64,000 nt of DNA from Macrostomum lignano (Eukaryota). The notes under the pieces are model-generated. The model was not told the origin of the DNA and made no database searches. It saw nothing but the letters and a program-made list of their open reading frames with translations. Both the position numbers and the translations under genes were made by a program. The stretch covers positions 670,687 to 734,686 of the forward strand of contig NIVC01000269.1 of the NCBI GenBank assembly GCA_002269645.1, written 5' to 3'. Shown here piece by piece: positions 63,909 to 64,000 of this stretch. The stretch's first letter is position 1, and each line of letters begins with the position of its first letter.

Positions 63909-64000
63909 TTGAACGGCGCTTGTTGCGATAAAAAAGGGACAAAACTTGCTGTCTCTTAGTGATTTCAATCAGCAATACTGCCAAATGCCCATGCAAGGCT

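Larger units (their letters stand above)
55771..64000. repeat. Tandem segmental array, units starting 55771, 57961, 60373 and 62793 (2190, 2412, 2420 bp, last partial)
   Basis: aagcagtggatgacaccctaaattgtgcg begins each unit, and the units are nearly identical. Each has Penelope 3' remnant - peptide gene - RTE remnant. Confidence 0.97.

Overview
Eukaryotic (metazoan) genomic DNA, rich in transposons. It has spliceosomal introns, TTAGGG blocks and RTE/BEL/Penelope families; it resembles a free-living flatworm such as Macrostomum, but that is inference only. From left to right: (1) 1-~11.2 kb is a large foldback, Mutator-superfamily (NOF-FB/Rehavkus-type) DNA transposon. Its inverted arms are built from ~172-bp tandem units. 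It holds a decayed transposase-Ulp1 protease-PHD ORF and carries a nested Helitron-like element and a Ngaro/DIRS-type retroelement. (2) 11.7-37.6 kb is mostly MITEs, LINE remnants (R1/LOA, RTE, Jockey/I) and a Crypton-like recombinase relic, plus one spliced 7TM receptor gene. (3) 38-51 kb is a tandem cluster of divergent rhodopsin-like GPCR paralogues: one intact, one broken, and one split by a very young full-length BEL/Pao LTR retrotransposon. (4) 55.8-64 kb is a tandem array of 2.2-2.4-kb units. Each unit holds an identical, compact, intronless gene for a 61-aa secreted six-cysteine anionic peptide that I do not recognise; this is the most interesting feature in the window.
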